A DNA stretch of 63,986 nt, filler included, from Reticulomyxa filosa (Eukaryota; Protista; Foraminifera), in NCBI GenBank assembly GCA_000512085.1. It is 20 parts of 20 records of this genome, joined end to end, with 100 filler letters (N's around TTAATTAATTAA, not from the genome) between each part and the next. Parts side by side here need not be neighbours in the genome. Positions count along the whole stretch, not along the records: positions 1 to 2,175 come from ASPP01030447.1; positions 2,276 to 4,114 come from ASPP01000504.1; positions 4,215 to 7,872 come from ASPP01012720.1; positions 7,973 to 9,239 come from ASPP01001643.1; positions 9,340 to 12,544 come from ASPP01004953.1; 15 more parts are not named here. One strand, 5' to 3'. Of this stretch, positions 1 through 12,226 are shown one piece after another. Within the stretch, counting starts at the first letter, position 1, and every line of letters begins with the position of its first letter. Position numbers and translations under genes: made by a program. Below the pieces are notes generated by a model, which was not told the DNA's origin, did no database searches, and worked only from the letters and a program-made list of their open reading frames with translations.

Positions 1-1
1 G

Positions 2-274
2 GGCCTTGCGCTTTGCGGCGTAGCGCGCACGCACTTCTGAAAGAACAGACTTGCTCGAGAGCTTGCGCTCCGGGTTCGCCGCCATCGCGTCATAGACGGG
101 AACGACTTCGTCTCGTAGCCATCGTTCGACGGCGGCATCGCGCTCCTGCAGCGCGCGCAGACCGGCCCGGATGACTTCGGAGCTGGAGGCATAGGCGCCC
201 GATTCGACCTTCGAGTCGATATAGGCCGCCTGTTCGATCGGAAGACTGAACGTCCGCTTCGAAACCCTGCTCAT
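2..274 (-). CDS. parD: ParD-family (ribbon-helix-helix) type II antitoxin, 3' end runs off the window
   Basis: Hand translation (absent from the ORF track because there is no stop in the window): MSRVSKRTFSLPIEQAAYIDSKVESGAYASSSEVIRAGLRALQERDAAVERWLRDEVVPVYDAM... The 'SG.Y.S.SEVIR.GLR.L' motif is typical of ParD1/3/4 antitoxins. GGGAGAAG RBS-like site directly upstream of the ATG. Confidence 0.88.
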   Translation of the reverse strand, partial: MSRVSKRTFSLPIEQAAYIDSKVESGAYASSSEVIRAGLRALQERDAAVERWLRDEVVPVYDAMAANPERKLSSKSVLSEVRARYAAKRKA

Positions 275-285
275 CTTCTCCCAGC

Positions 286-304
286 GGTATGACTTGGTCA
301 TACC
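286..304. promoter_or_regulatory. Perfect inverted repeat GGTATGAC-ttg-GTCATACC, probable autoregulatory operator of the parD(E) operon
   Basis: The palindrome is seen directly about 11 bp upstream of the parD start. The operator role is inferred from known RHH antitoxin autoregulation. Confidence 0.6.
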
Positions 305-449
305 ATCCTTCCAAACGCTGTCAGGAGCGTCAACTTATTGAGGGCGTTGCTCCCTTCCATCATCCCGTAAGATCGATGTAGGCTTCCTCCGCTGAGCGTC
401 CAGTTGCGTTGCGTCCGCGCGTCGTAATGAAACTCTGGAGGCAGCCATC

Positions 450-1426
450 ATGAAAATTCGCCGTCGTTCCCTGGCGCACCTCGCCGTTGGTGCCGCCGCG
501 TTGCCGCTCGTGCCCGGCCTGGCGCGGGCGCAGGCCTATCCATCGCGGACAGCGCGTATCGTCGTCGGCTTTCCCGCCGGCGGCGCGACCGACATCCAGG
601 GGCGCCTGATGGCGGAATGGCTGACCGAGCGTCTCGGCCAGCAGTTCATCGTCGAGAACAAGCCCGGCGCCAGCGGCAACATCGGCACCGAGACCGTCGC
701 CAAGGCAGCACCCGACGGCTACACGCTGCTGCAGGTCGTGACGCCGCACGCGATCAACACCGCGCTCTATTCCAATCTCGGCTTCGACTTCATGCGCGAC
801 ATCGCGCCGGTCATCTATTCCGCACGACTGGCCTATGTCGTCGTGGTGAACCCGTCGGTTCCGGCGAACACGCTTCCCGAGTTCATCGCCTACGCCAAGG
901 CCAACCCGGGCAAGATCAACTATGGATCGGCCGGGCAGGGCACGCCGCAGAACATCGCCTGCGAGCTCTTCAAGATGATGACCGGGGTGAACCTGGTCCA
1001 CGTTCCGTACAAGGGCGGCGCGCCGGCCGTCGCCGATCTGATCTCCGACCACGTGCAGGTGATCTTCGCGCCGCTGTCGGAGTCGATCCAGCAGGTCAAG
1101 GCCGGCAAGCTGCGCGCGCTCGCCGTCACGACCAAGACGCGCCTCGAAGTGCTGCCGGACGTTCCCGCGGTGGCGGAGTTCGTCCCGGGTTACAGGCGAG
1201 CGGCTTTGCCGGCATCGGCGTGCCCAGGGGCACACCGGTCGAGATCATCGGTCTGCTGAACAAGGAACTGAACGCCGGCCTCGCCAGCGAAAAGATCAAG
1301 ACCCGCATCGTCGAGCTGGGCGGCACGGTGATGGGAGGCACATCGGCCGAGTTCGCCAAGGTCCTCGGCGATGCCACCGAGAAGTGGGCGAAGGTCATCA
1401 AGGCCGCCGGCATCAAGGCCGAGTAG
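450..1426 (+). CDS. Bug/TctC tripartite tricarboxylate transporter substrate-binding protein with a single-base frameshift near 1193
   Basis: Tat-like leader (RRRSLAHL...AQAYPSR) and motifs IVVGFPAGGATD, VENKPGASGNIG, HVPYKGGAPA. The C-terminus (...WAKVIKAAGIKAE) lies in another frame. Adding one G after TAC 1191-1193 restores GYEASGF. GGAGG RBS. Confidence 0.9.
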
Positions 1427-1447
1427 CCGGCCGCTGATGCCGGTCGG
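1427..1447. terminator. GC hairpin between convergent genes, possible terminator
   Basis: CCGGCCG-ctgatgc-CGGTCGG right after the stop codon. No U-tract. Confidence 0.3.
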
Positions 1448-1453
1448 GGCCCG

Positions 1454-1936
1454 TTACTTCTTGAAGAAGACCTTTTCGCAGACCGAGGTCGCGAAATCGG
1501 TCGAGATGGCGCGGGCGCCGCCCGAGAGCTTGGCGAGCCCGATGAGGCCACCGCCGGACGTTACCTCCTGGACGTAGTATTCCGAGGCAACGCTGTTGTC
1601 GGCGGGATTGACCAGCTTCACCTCGCCGGCAACCTCGTGGTTGTCACCGAGCAACATCACCATGCCGCTGTTCGCGAGTTTGAAGTTGTCGACGCGGACC
1701 TGCATTTCGTACCGGGTTGGTCCGGTCGCGCACTGGCTTGTCTTCAGCTCGAGGGCCGTCTTCAGTGCTTGAAGATTTTCCTCGGGAACGTTGCCGGCGC
1801 GACTCGTGACGGTGACACTGCCGATCGAAGCCTGTGCAGCCGTCGCGGGTGCCCACGCCTGGATGGGCTTGACCGGTTGGGCGCAAGCCGAAAGCATGAG
1901 ACCGGCGGCCGAAGCCGCCATGATCCGGATGAACAA
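1454..1936 (-). CDS. Hypothetical bacterial lipoprotein
   Basis: 160-aa ORF with lipobox LSAC after a hydrophobic leader, GGGAGG RBS and high-GC codon usage. Confidence 0.75.
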   Translation of the reverse strand: MFIRIMAASAAGLMLSACAQPVKPIQAWAPATAAQASIGSVTVTSRAGNVPEENLQALKTALELKTSQCATGPTRYEMQVRVDNFKLANSGMVMLLGDNHEVAGEVKLVNPADNSVASEYYVQEVTSGGGLIGLAKLSGGARAISTDFATSVCEKVFFKK

Positions 1937-2029
1937 GCTACCCTCCCCCTGAACTCTAACTACTCTTGGACAATCTAAGCATGTCTGAGTAGTAGAGTTT
2001 CTACCGTAGGGCGTAGAGGTGGTGCAACG

Positions 2030-2175
2030 ATGCGATCGATCGCGAATGTTCCAATTGTTTCTCTGATCGCGATCGGCCTGCTGGCAGGCTGCACCGTCTC
2101 TGACGCCTCGTCTTCGAACCCGCCGCCGATGGTGTTGTCGTCGGTGCAGGGGGCGGAAAGCGTACGGATTTCCGG
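2030..2175 (+). CDS. Hypothetical bacterial lipoprotein, truncated at contig end
   Basis: MRSIANVPIVSLIAIGLLAGC lipobox. GAGGTGG RBS. Confidence 0.6.
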
Positions 2176-2275
2176 NNNNNNNNNNNNNNNNNNNNNNNNN
2201 NNNNNNNNNNNNNNNNNNNTTAATTAATTAANNNNNNNNNNNNNNNNNNNNNNNNNNNNNNNNNNNNNNNNNNNN
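2176..2275. other. Artificial contig linker (44 N + TTAATTAATTAA + 44 N), first of 19 copies
   Basis: Identical 100-bp linkers start at 2176, 4115, 7873, 9240, 12545, 16771, 20603, 25486, 29367, 43424, 45675, 49566, 50727, 55532, 57036, 58570, 60237, 61337 and 62863. The core has stop codons in all six frames. Confidence 0.98.
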
Positions 2276-3266
2276 ATCTATAAGGTGCCGTTTTATGTGT
2301 CAACTTTACTTTACATTCTACTGTAGAAATAAACATAACTTCATGAATTAATTAATCACTAAATTTCTTTCACAAAATATCTTTGAATTCAATTAAAAGA
2401 AGTACATTTGATTTTGCATATATCCAAATGAATTTAAATAAAGATCTTCTATGTTAATATGTGAACAAGTACTTATAAACATTTATCACATGTTTGAGCA
2501 AATCTGCTTGTAATGCGATACAATCTTAACAAACAAATACTATTATCATGTGGGATATCATGCAATACATGCAAGTACTGCAACATCATTGAAATAAATA
2601 TTAATCAAATTTACATTGCACATAAATACAATTTGGAAGCAATATCTCAAAACGAACTATTAAAATAATTATTGCAAATTCTTTCTTTTTCTTTAGTAAA
2701 AACTTAATTGACATGTGTTTGTAGTCTAAACTTTATACTCAAACATGAAAGAAAAATGGCAGTAAATTTACCTTAACACGAAAGAAATACATCAGAATAT
2801 AACATGTATAAATGTTTTGGTCACGAACTATTTCGCTTATCAAACAAAAAAGAGAAAAAGTTCAGTTAGTCTTTTTTTAAAATATTTTAAGAGCAATAAG
2901 CTTAAATTAATTTTTAAAAAAGAAATATTGGGGTCATTATGACTGGTTCTGACGTAGGAGTATCACTACAATCAGCCAAATCACTATAGAAAAGCGTTTA
3001 TTTTGTAAAAAATTGAACATCACAACAATGAGAATGACTTTTTCTTAAATGTTACATCGCTTCTGCGTTCACTGCTGTCTTTTATATTTCACAATCAGTA
3101 ATATTTTTGTTTCGTGTTTTAATTAATTAAAACAGTTCGAAAGAATTTCAGTTTTGCTGAAATTCAAAAAAAAAAGAAAATGTGGTTGACAATATTGAGA
3201 TAATTTTATTTCAAGACTTTTTTAGAAAAAGGATTAAACTTTTGTCTGAGTTTACAGTTTGCACAC

Positions 3267-4003
3267 TCACAATTTTTTAAGCAATCCTTCCAACTGGTTT
3301 ACTAACGAGTGTTTGTCACCCAACCATTCTCGAGCGTTTTTTAAGACACGATCCTTGGAAATTTTAAAATGCGCTTTAATAACATCCTCGAAGCATTTTG
3401 GAGGATTCTGTAATATATCTACCATTGCCCATCGAACACATTGTTCTTGAATATTTTTATTGTATTCATTTGATCTTTTTGTGCCCTCTGATGTGCCCAT
3501 GCTTCTCTCGTATCCCGGTTCGTTAAAATAAGGTTCTGGGACGAATATTAAGCTTTGAATGGACACGCATACTTGTAGGAACGTCGATACCCCTTTTTTT
3601 TAAAAAAAAAAAAAGAAAAGAAAAAGTGTGTAATGAACATAAATGTAATGTGTATTAAGCCTTCACAAAAAATGCATCATTTTATGCCACTCCTAGAAAA
3701 AGAGGAGAAGAAAGAACAAACCAGGATTCCAATTTTCTCCTTGAGCACCACCATGCCACTGTTTACAAAGCAAGATAAAACAACAACATTTTTTTTTTTT
3801 TTTTTTGGTGTAAAGTATTGCACTTACAGGAAAAAGTCAAAAAGAAATGACAGAGTAAAACGCATACCGTTCCCAACAAGCTTAGGCACACTTTGCCGCA
3901 ATTATACAAATTGGGATTGAAGCGGACTGACTGTTTACCAGTTGTCATCAAATTGATTTTTGGTGCAATGTCAGGATATTGAGGTGGAAAGTATGCATCT
4001 GTA
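3267..4003 (-). CDS. C-terminal UBC domain of a BIRC6/BRUCE-type ubiquitin-conjugating enzyme (spliced, 5' partial)
   Basis: Spliced exons give ...[42 protein letters not shown]|[13 protein letters not shown]|[33 protein letters not shown], with the catalytic Cys motif. GT-AG introns at about 3867-3759 and 3721-3594. Confidence 0.88.
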
Positions 4004-4076
4004 GGAAGGAACAACAGCCGAGTTTTTTATTTTAAGCCCCCTTTTTTTTTTTTTTTTTTTTTTTTTCCGTACCTTC

Positions 4077-4114
<38 letters not shown>

Positions 4115-5548
4115 NNNNNNNNNNNNNNNNNNNNNNNNNNNNNNNNNNNNNNNNNNNNTTAATTAATTAANNNNNNNNNNNNNNNNNNNNNNNNNNNNNN
4201 NNNNNNNNNNNNNNAAAATGATCGTATTTTTTATTTTATTAGTTGAACTTATTGAATTGAAAAATGTTTTGTTTGTAAAATCATTGCAACATATCTTTGA
4301 ATTTCAAACGTATGATAATCTCATTAACTCAGTAAGTCAATTTTTTTTTACAAGGAGATTTTTATTTCAAAAATAGCAAATTGAATAAACAGATGAAAAA
4401 TAGAAAGAGAACATTGACCGAGTTGCGTGAAAGTGACTTAAATGGTATCGGAACGATGTATTTTCTTTTCTCGCTTGGCTTCCCTCTCAAGCATACACGC
4501 ACAAACTCACAGGAGCACCATCCACCATAAATCCAAATCTTCGATACCACAATGAACAGCAAAGACTTTTTTCCAGTTGAGACATTGAACAATCTACAAA
4601 TAAATAGCAAATACTAAACAAAAGGCATACGTTTAATTGAATATATCACATACCAAATAGCAAACAGAAGAAAAGTGGACCCAAGATTTGAACCAGGTCA
4701 ATTTAACCTGTTTTTTCATTTTAAATAAAAAAGCAAATTACGCTTTGTTTGGTTGGGTGTCCTTATAAACTTTCAAAAATAATAGAAAAAAAAGAAGCGT
4801 TGTTCCAATTAACAGAAAGTTTTTTTGTTTGTACAATGATCGGAAGGGCTCATTGTTGATGTCAGTTTTTGTTTGACCAAAATAATAACAAAACAAACAT
4901 ATAACCTTAGAAAACGAGACATCGAAAACGACACAAATGAAAGCAGAAGGACAGTCACAAGAACTGCAATATAAAATGCAACAACAATTGCGTTTGCTTC
5001 AAACACAACTACAAGAGTTGGAGCAATATTTAAAGGTGGACCGTTCTTGCATGTTCACATCGAAACAACAACAAGCGTGTTGCACAAGTACTTCAGAATA
5101 GACACCATTTCATCTTATTTAACACTTATCATATTCTTCTTTTTTTTACGACTCCACAAATGACAACGGTTTTGTGTGGGTGTAAGATAACACAAAAGGG
5201 ATCCGTTTTGTGTTGAGTGTCCAAAAATTTAACTTATTTTTTTCCAGATGATGGTGGGAAAAAGAAAAAAGCGTTGAGAATTTTAGGATTTGAGTATAAA
5301 AATACGTAAATGCTGGTCGTGTAATGAAACCAAAAAAAAAAAATTGTTTCTATTTTTTGTTAGGAAAAATCAGCTTATCAAATCACAAGAAAACTTACAA
5401 CTCGTCTTTTATCAAAAACTTCCAACAAAAAAACAAACTATACATTTACGTGAGAAAAATCTTGAAAGAGAAAAAAAAAGGAAAATAGGGTCAGACAAAA
5501 ATAATTTAACACTTTTTTTTTGATCTTTCTTTCTCGAAGCTAAGTTTA

Positions 5549-7441
5549 CTACTTGGACAACCGCTTGATTGTGTCTCGCATAAAATTGAATTGATCCATT
5601 GTTCTTTGTACAAATCCAATTTGTTCGCTTTGCAATCGTTGAACTTCTTCCGTCAATTCCATTATTTTTCGTTTATACTTTTCCATTTTGCGTTCTTTTT
5701 TACTTAGCGATTTTTTTTGTGATCTTCTGTGATAATTCTTCATTGATAGCACAAAAGCACAAAATACATAAAATGTGAATATCCAGAATTCAGTAAATAT
5801 TCACAAAATGAACTAGTAACTTTTTTCTGAGCTTTGATCGGATCGGTGGTCATTTCCAACTCAAACATAAGTCCTTCGAGCTGTTCATCCAACATTGTAT
5901 TTTCAGTTTCAATTTCGGCCAATTCCAAGTTCCAATTGTCGAGATCATACTGAATAGTATCCCATTCTGAGAGTTTTGTTTGAATGGCATCAATCATCAT
6001 TAGATCTTCTTGCATGCGCTTTTCGTGTTCTTTGTTTCCTTTATGATTGGTTGCTTTTTTTTGGGAGGTTGTGGTGTCCCTAAAATGATTTGCTCTCTTT
6101 CACTCGATTCCGCGTCGTCCTCGTCATCTTCGTCCTCGTCATCATCGTCATCATCGTCTTCCTCTTCTTCCATGTCTTCCTCTTCGTCGCTGGTAGTCAA
6201 CAGGTGTTTGTCATGTAGAGAGGTATTGCCGCGCAAACTGGCAATGCTGGCATTGCGAATTTCTTGTAGCATCGTCACCCGTTTGCCTAACAACTTGCTA
6301 TGTTTCTTTTCAAATTCCAACTCACTGGTGAGTCGATCCAACTCCTCTTTTGTCCCATGTTGTTCCAATGGTTGCACATATTGATTTACGTCAGTTGCGG
6401 ATATTATCCCCTTTTTTTTTTTTTTTTTAAAAAAAAAAAAACAAAAAGTTATACATCAATATACATACGTATAAAAAAAACAAAAAAACTTGTTTAATGA
6501 TTTCATTGGGCGAAGGCCTGTGCAACAGACGCGCTTTCAAAGAAGCCGATTTTCTTTTTTTATCTTGGAGTTTGATCCATTGAGCGTCTGTGGCATCCTT
6601 CGGCGCGGTCACTTGAAGCGTGTCTTGCCTGATGATAGGCATAGTAACAATTCCCCGACCTAGTAGCTCTTCGGGTCTGGCTCGGAATTTCCAGCTCAGC
6701 TTTTGGTCTAATATGTGGGATTTTTTTTCTTTGGCCTCTTTTCTTTGCACCACGACTTGTCTCAGCTGCTCCACGTGGCTGTCGTAATCCGTCGGCGAGT
6801 TGTACATTATATTGCGGTTCACTAGTTCTTGAGGCACGGGTCTTTCATGCAAAAAACGAGCCAGTTTGTCCGACAATAATCCTTGATTGTTACGAGACAT
6901 TCCAAACCGGGGTGACCCCTTGTGCACAGCAACAAAAAACAGAACTTTTTTTTTTATTTATTTTTTTTGTTCCATTGATTTATACATATGTATGTATATG
7001 TATGTATATGTATGTATATGTAATATATAAACAGGTGGTGGAGTATTTCCGGGCTTGTCATTGTCATCGTCAGGTTGACCGGAGGGTGTAATCAAAATTT
7101 TAGTGTTGATCTTTTTGACAGGGGGATAGTTCATTTTAACATTTGGAGGGATGCCACCCGCGGCAAAAGGTATTTTGTGCGGTTTTTTGGAGGGAATTTT
7201 CTTACTGTTGCTTGTGTTTGTCGTCGCGTCGGAGGAGTCGTCGTCGTCGTTGTCATTTGTCCTTGGGGTATCCATGTCCATTTCGTCATCTGCGGACAGC
7301 TGATTGAATTGATCAGTGACACGTGACGACAAACTTTGGCTATGTTTGTTGGAACCCTTTACAATGGCTCCCTACATACAAACAAACAAACAAACAAATA
7401 AATCAATCACGTTACGTCATACAAACTGGTATTTGCCAATA

Positions 7442-7480
<39 letters not shown>

Positions 7481-7872
7481 TCATTTTTTTTAGGAATGCG
7501 AGAAGTATCATGACCAAATTTCTCACTGGTCAGATGCTTGGAGTCGATCGGAGTCGGCAATGTAAGACTCTTGTTCGCTTTATGCGTTTCCGCGGGGTTA
7601 TTTTCCATGGTATTGTCGTTTTCTTCATGCTCGCTCATTTCACTCTCACTTTGGCTCTCATTGATCTTCGGCAAACTAATCAAGCTAATGTTCGTCTGTC
7701 CTGTTCGCGTCGCTTTTTTGCCACGTTCCCGAGCCGGTGCATCTGTAGTTGTTGTTTCACTACTCGCTGTATCCCCACTTTGCTTACGATGATTTTTCTC
7801 TTTTTCTTTTTCTTTTTCTTTTTCCTTTTCTTTCTCTTTCTCTCTTTCCTTTTCTTTCTCTTTTTCTTTTTC
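5549..7872 (-). CDS. RPEL-repeat (G-actin-binding) protein with acidic linker and C-terminal coiled coil (spliced, 5' partial)
   Basis: Three RPEL-like units in the exon at about 6490-6927: LARFLHERPVPQELVNRNIM, LSWKFRARPEELLGRGIV, LKARLLHRPSPNEIIKQ. Coiled-coil-like exons follow. Confidence 0.72.
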
Positions 7873-7974
7873 NNNNNNNNNNNNNNNNNNNNNNNNNNNN
7901 NNNNNNNNNNNNNNNNTTAATTAATTAANNNNNNNNNNNNNNNNNNNNNNNNNNNNNNNNNNNNNNNNNNNNAA

Positions 7975-9239
7975 ACGATCGCATTCTCGTTTGATTCGAT
8001 ACAAAATAATTTGAAAGCGCCCTTTTGGAATTTGTATTTACAAATGAGTAAAACAACGACTGCTGCTGTTAGAGCTAGATCTCCCGGCTATTCTGGTCCG
8101 GTTGAGCAACGATATCCTAATCAGCTATTTACTATAGTTGACAACACTGCTTCATTTACTTGTCCTTACTGTTTGGAGGTTATGAATTATAGAAATGCGC
8201 TGATTTCACACATGTGGAACTTCACTGTTGTTAGTGAACGCAAGAAAGTTTGCAGAGGTAAAGATTGCACAAAGATTTGGATACAGCCAAAGATATTGAC
8301 TGAAGGACGTCTAGAGAACTTGAAAAGAGATTTTCCAAAATATGATTGGGATCAAATTATAAATCATATTCGTTATGGTAAATGGGAAGACATTGAGAAA
8401 CTTGGTATGTAAGTTGACGACAAGATAAAAGAAAATGACTTTGGGATCTTGATCCCTAAAAGTATAGGCAATGACAATGAAAATTTTAATGAAAGTGATA
8501 ACAGCAATGATAGTGAAAGTGCAAGCGAAAAATCGCATAACGGGAACTCGCAAAGAAACTCAGACACTTCAACACGAACAAGTCCAAGATTAGGACAAAA
8601 TAAAAGCAATAACAATAACAAAAAAAGAAGATTAGGTGAAGGTAATGAAAATACAATGGTTGTTTCAACACTAAGAACAATACCCGAAAATGTAAGAATG
8701 ACGACACCAAACAAAAGGACAAAACTAACAAGAACACTGAATACAAATGATATGACCAAAACAAATAACAATAATAATAATTGTAATAATAATGATAATG
8801 AAAAAAAAAATAACTTGGAAGAAACAAACAAAAATAATGACCTAGATATGGCAGACAATGACAAGAAAGAAAATAATACTAACAATAATACTAACGATAA
8901 TACTAACGATAATACCAATGATAACACTAATGATATAGATATTAATAATAATAATAATAATGGAAATTCCATAAATGATTGTAGCCAACCTATAGACGAT
9001 TTAGATGATTTAGATAATTTAAATGACAATAACAATGACAGCGAAAATAAGGAGCAAACAAACGATCAAATAGATAAACAGATAATAATAGACCAATTAA
9101 ATAATAAATTATCGTTATTGGAAAGCAATTATAATCAATTATTACAGAACATGCAAAATAAATTGGACCTATTAGAGGAACAAAACAAACAATTGCAAAT
9201 ACAAAATAAAAATTTAATGAATGAATTAGATAAAAATAA
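7975..9239 (+). CDS. Hypothetical protein: Cys/His zinc-finger-like segment, Asn-rich region and coiled coil, with one in-frame TAA at 8410-8412
   Basis: ORFs 8011..8412 and 8449.. share a frame that is otherwise open across the whole contig. FTCPYCLEVMNYRNALISHMW resembles a C2H2-type finger. Confidence 0.45.
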
Positions 9240-9339
9240 NNNNNNNNNNNNNNNNNNNNNNNNNNNNNNNNNNNNNNNNNNNNTTAATTAATTAANNNNN
9301 NNNNNNNNNNNNNNNNNNNNNNNNNNNNNNNNNNNNNNN

Positions 9340-10363
9340 GCAACAAACCAATCTTCGTTTTTAAAATAAATAAATAAATAAATAAATAAATGAATAAACA
9401 AACAAAGAATGTTGTTTTAAAAAAAAAACTTTCGATGCAATCATTGGGATTGTTGTCATCAAAATTAGTCGGAGGTCGATCGACAGTGATGGCGACGGAG
9501 GTGGAGCGCAGAGGCTTGCGCGACTTGAAGACGGAGGCAATGGACCACATGCGCGTGTTGGTGACGTTTTGCTCGCTCGACGTGTTGTCCGCGTAGTTGT
9601 GAGGCTCGATATGCGACTGTCTGCCGTCGTCGAACACAGAGGCCGAAAACATTGACACTTCCAAGTTGTTGTATGTGCTCTCAAAGTGCGGCCGTAGAAT
9701 CGGCGACAGAGGTATGTGCTTCGCCAATCGAATACGCGATATCCAACTCTCTTTCAATATATTCTTTTCCAATTGTTTGCTGTGCACCAAGTATCGTCGG
9801 AATTGCACGATTTCTTCGTTACATACAAACATACACATACATACATGTACATATACATAATATATATATATATATTTTTTTTTTTTTGTTTTAAATAAAA
9901 AAAAAGGGGGTAAAAAAGTTCAGACCTGTGATGAATAACAAGTTTTCAGGTGAAAACTCGCGACTGCAATGTGCCATTAAAGCTTCATATCCTATGATAT
10001 TGAAAAGATTAGATTTGTGTATTTGTGTATTTATTGATGTTTGGAATGAACGAATGAAACAAACCGCGTTGATTGGCCAGCGTTTTGATGCATTGCTTGG
10101 CCAGATCGGGGGATTTGGAAAACGTGAACAGATTGATGCGATTGAGATAGACCGTGAAGATAGTGGAGCAGCTGAAGTAGCACAGACTCATGACAGCCCC
10201 TCCCAACATCCACACCAACACCACCATCTCCTCATTCGTCGTCAACACCGACACACTGCTCACACTTATCACTATCGCCACGAAAAACACTATCAACAAT
10301 GTCAGCTCATCTCGAATCCGATACTTTACATTTTTTTTTAAAAAAATGTATACATATATGTAC

Positions 10364-10399
<36 letters not shown>

Positions 10400-11030
10400 T
10401 TATTTATTTATTTATTTATATAACTATGTCGTCATATCTAAAAATGGTAATACTCATTGTAATGAAGGCGAGGACGAAGAAGATCCAAATGGCCATGGAC
10501 ACGTAGAGACCTTTGGAAAAGGTGGCGAGGAAATAGGATGCCGCTTGGATGACGATGAGAACAGCGTAGATCGAGAAATACAATGTGGCCAACAACTTTG
10601 GATTGGCCAAACGCTTGTAGTGATTCAACACCCACGACTTGAATTGCGGGTCCAATTGCTTCCTCCATTGCTGCGAGTCTTGCACTTTGCGGATGTTCAA
10701 AAAACTGTACCAAAAACGCAATGCTATTAATAACATTAGTCCGTCGTTCAATAGCTGTCCTATCAACAAATACACTGTTCGAGTGTTGTGGTCGTTTCTC
10801 TTCTTTGTCATCAACACTGCCTCCACTGGAATATATACAAATGCATAGATCGAAAATGCCATGTGCGTCGTTATCAATAATGACACATTACGCTGTGTAA
10901 CAAATGGCTGACGCTTATACTTCAGATACACTAAAAGGGTCCCAAAGACACACAAAGGCAAACATATGCCAAATGTCAGTATGAAGATTATTAGCGATAG
11001 CCTTGAATGAACATCACTGGAAATGTTCAT
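9340..11030 (-). CDS. Multi-pass (probably 7TM) membrane protein fused to an RGS domain (spliced, 3' partial)
   Basis: About 7 hydrophobic segments in exons 11030-10425 and 10320-10065. Splicing gives CIKTLANQRG|YEALMAHCSREFSPENLLFITE|IVQFRRYL, matching the RGS 'EFS.EN+.F' signature. Confidence 0.75.
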
Positions 11031-11689
11031 AGTTGGTTTCTGTCTAGGTCTATTTTGTTGTCCTCCCCAATTTTTTCTACGGTCTTCTTATTCTATGGGA
11101 TATTCAAGATGTAAGAGATAACAATCCATCTTATTTTTGAATCTAATACTAAATTACAATATCGATGACATTTTAAAAGAATTTTTATCATGTGTTCACA
11201 CGAGAACATTATGTATTACAAATATACTTGTAATGCAAAATAAAAAATAACTTTTCAATAAATCACATTCCTTCAGTAGATATATTGTGTTTTGTTCTTC
11301 TTTGACTGCAACAATGTTTAACGAAATTAAAAGATAAAACTGGGTCGTTTTTTCAAATGTCGCCTCTAAAGATCATTTTATTGATTTTGACTCTTCTTGG
11401 TGCTTGGATATGTCAAGGTATGATTTTATTGAACATGTTAATCAATGTGACTAAAAACATTGTAAAAAAAAAAACAAAAACGAGATAGCAGGAGAGCAAA
11501 GAACATTCCGTAAAATTTCTCAGCCTTTGCGCTCTTTTAACAACAAAAGAGTAAAAGCAGATTGTTATGACAACTGTTATACATTCGACAGTGAAGGATA
11601 CATTATGGTCAAGTTTGTGTTTATTAACTATATGGCATTGTCGGCATTGTATAAAAAAAAAAGGATTGTAATTTTTTGAACAAAAACTT

Positions 11690-12226
11690 ATTACAAATAG
11701 AAATGAAGGATGGTACGTTGCACGATTTTTCTTGCAAGGCAAACTTGAGAACGGAACAGATTTCTGCTGCAATTCTCAAGACTTTGACAAAGGCATGTGC
11801 ATCGATTGCATATTTGCATTTTTTTTTTTTTTTTTTTGAGATCGAACCAATTGAATGGGGGGGGGGGGCCATAGGGCAAAGCAGCCTTATGTTATTATTC
11901 ATATTACTTGTTTCATATTACCGATATTAAAAAAAAAAAAAAAAAAAAAAGGTCAACAAGAAGCAATCGGGACCCCATATAATTCAAAGAATTTGCAATT
12001 GCAAGTAGAAGAGGAAGCTTTCATTGATGTCTGGACTGTCATTTTCAAAGAGCAATTTGATACGGCCAACATTTCACTTTGTTGGCAAATTTATGGCACT
12101 ACTTTAAGGTTTTCTTTTTTAAAAAATTTATGTTATCTGCTTCAACAACAGGAAACAAATATCATGCATTTGCGTTTGCTTTTTGTTTATAGCCCTGAAT
12201 ATGAATCCATTACTTGCCCTACCTAA
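11690..12226 (+). CDS. Hypothetical spliced protein fragment
   Basis: Short coding-like segments bounded by poly-T/poly-A intron-like sequence. No recognisable domain. Confidence 0.3.

Noticed and set aside
90-1235. ORFs 90..314 (-), 360..1235 (-) and most of 617..1426 (+)
   Set aside because: Shadow frames of high-GC genes. The real genes are parD and the Bug protein.
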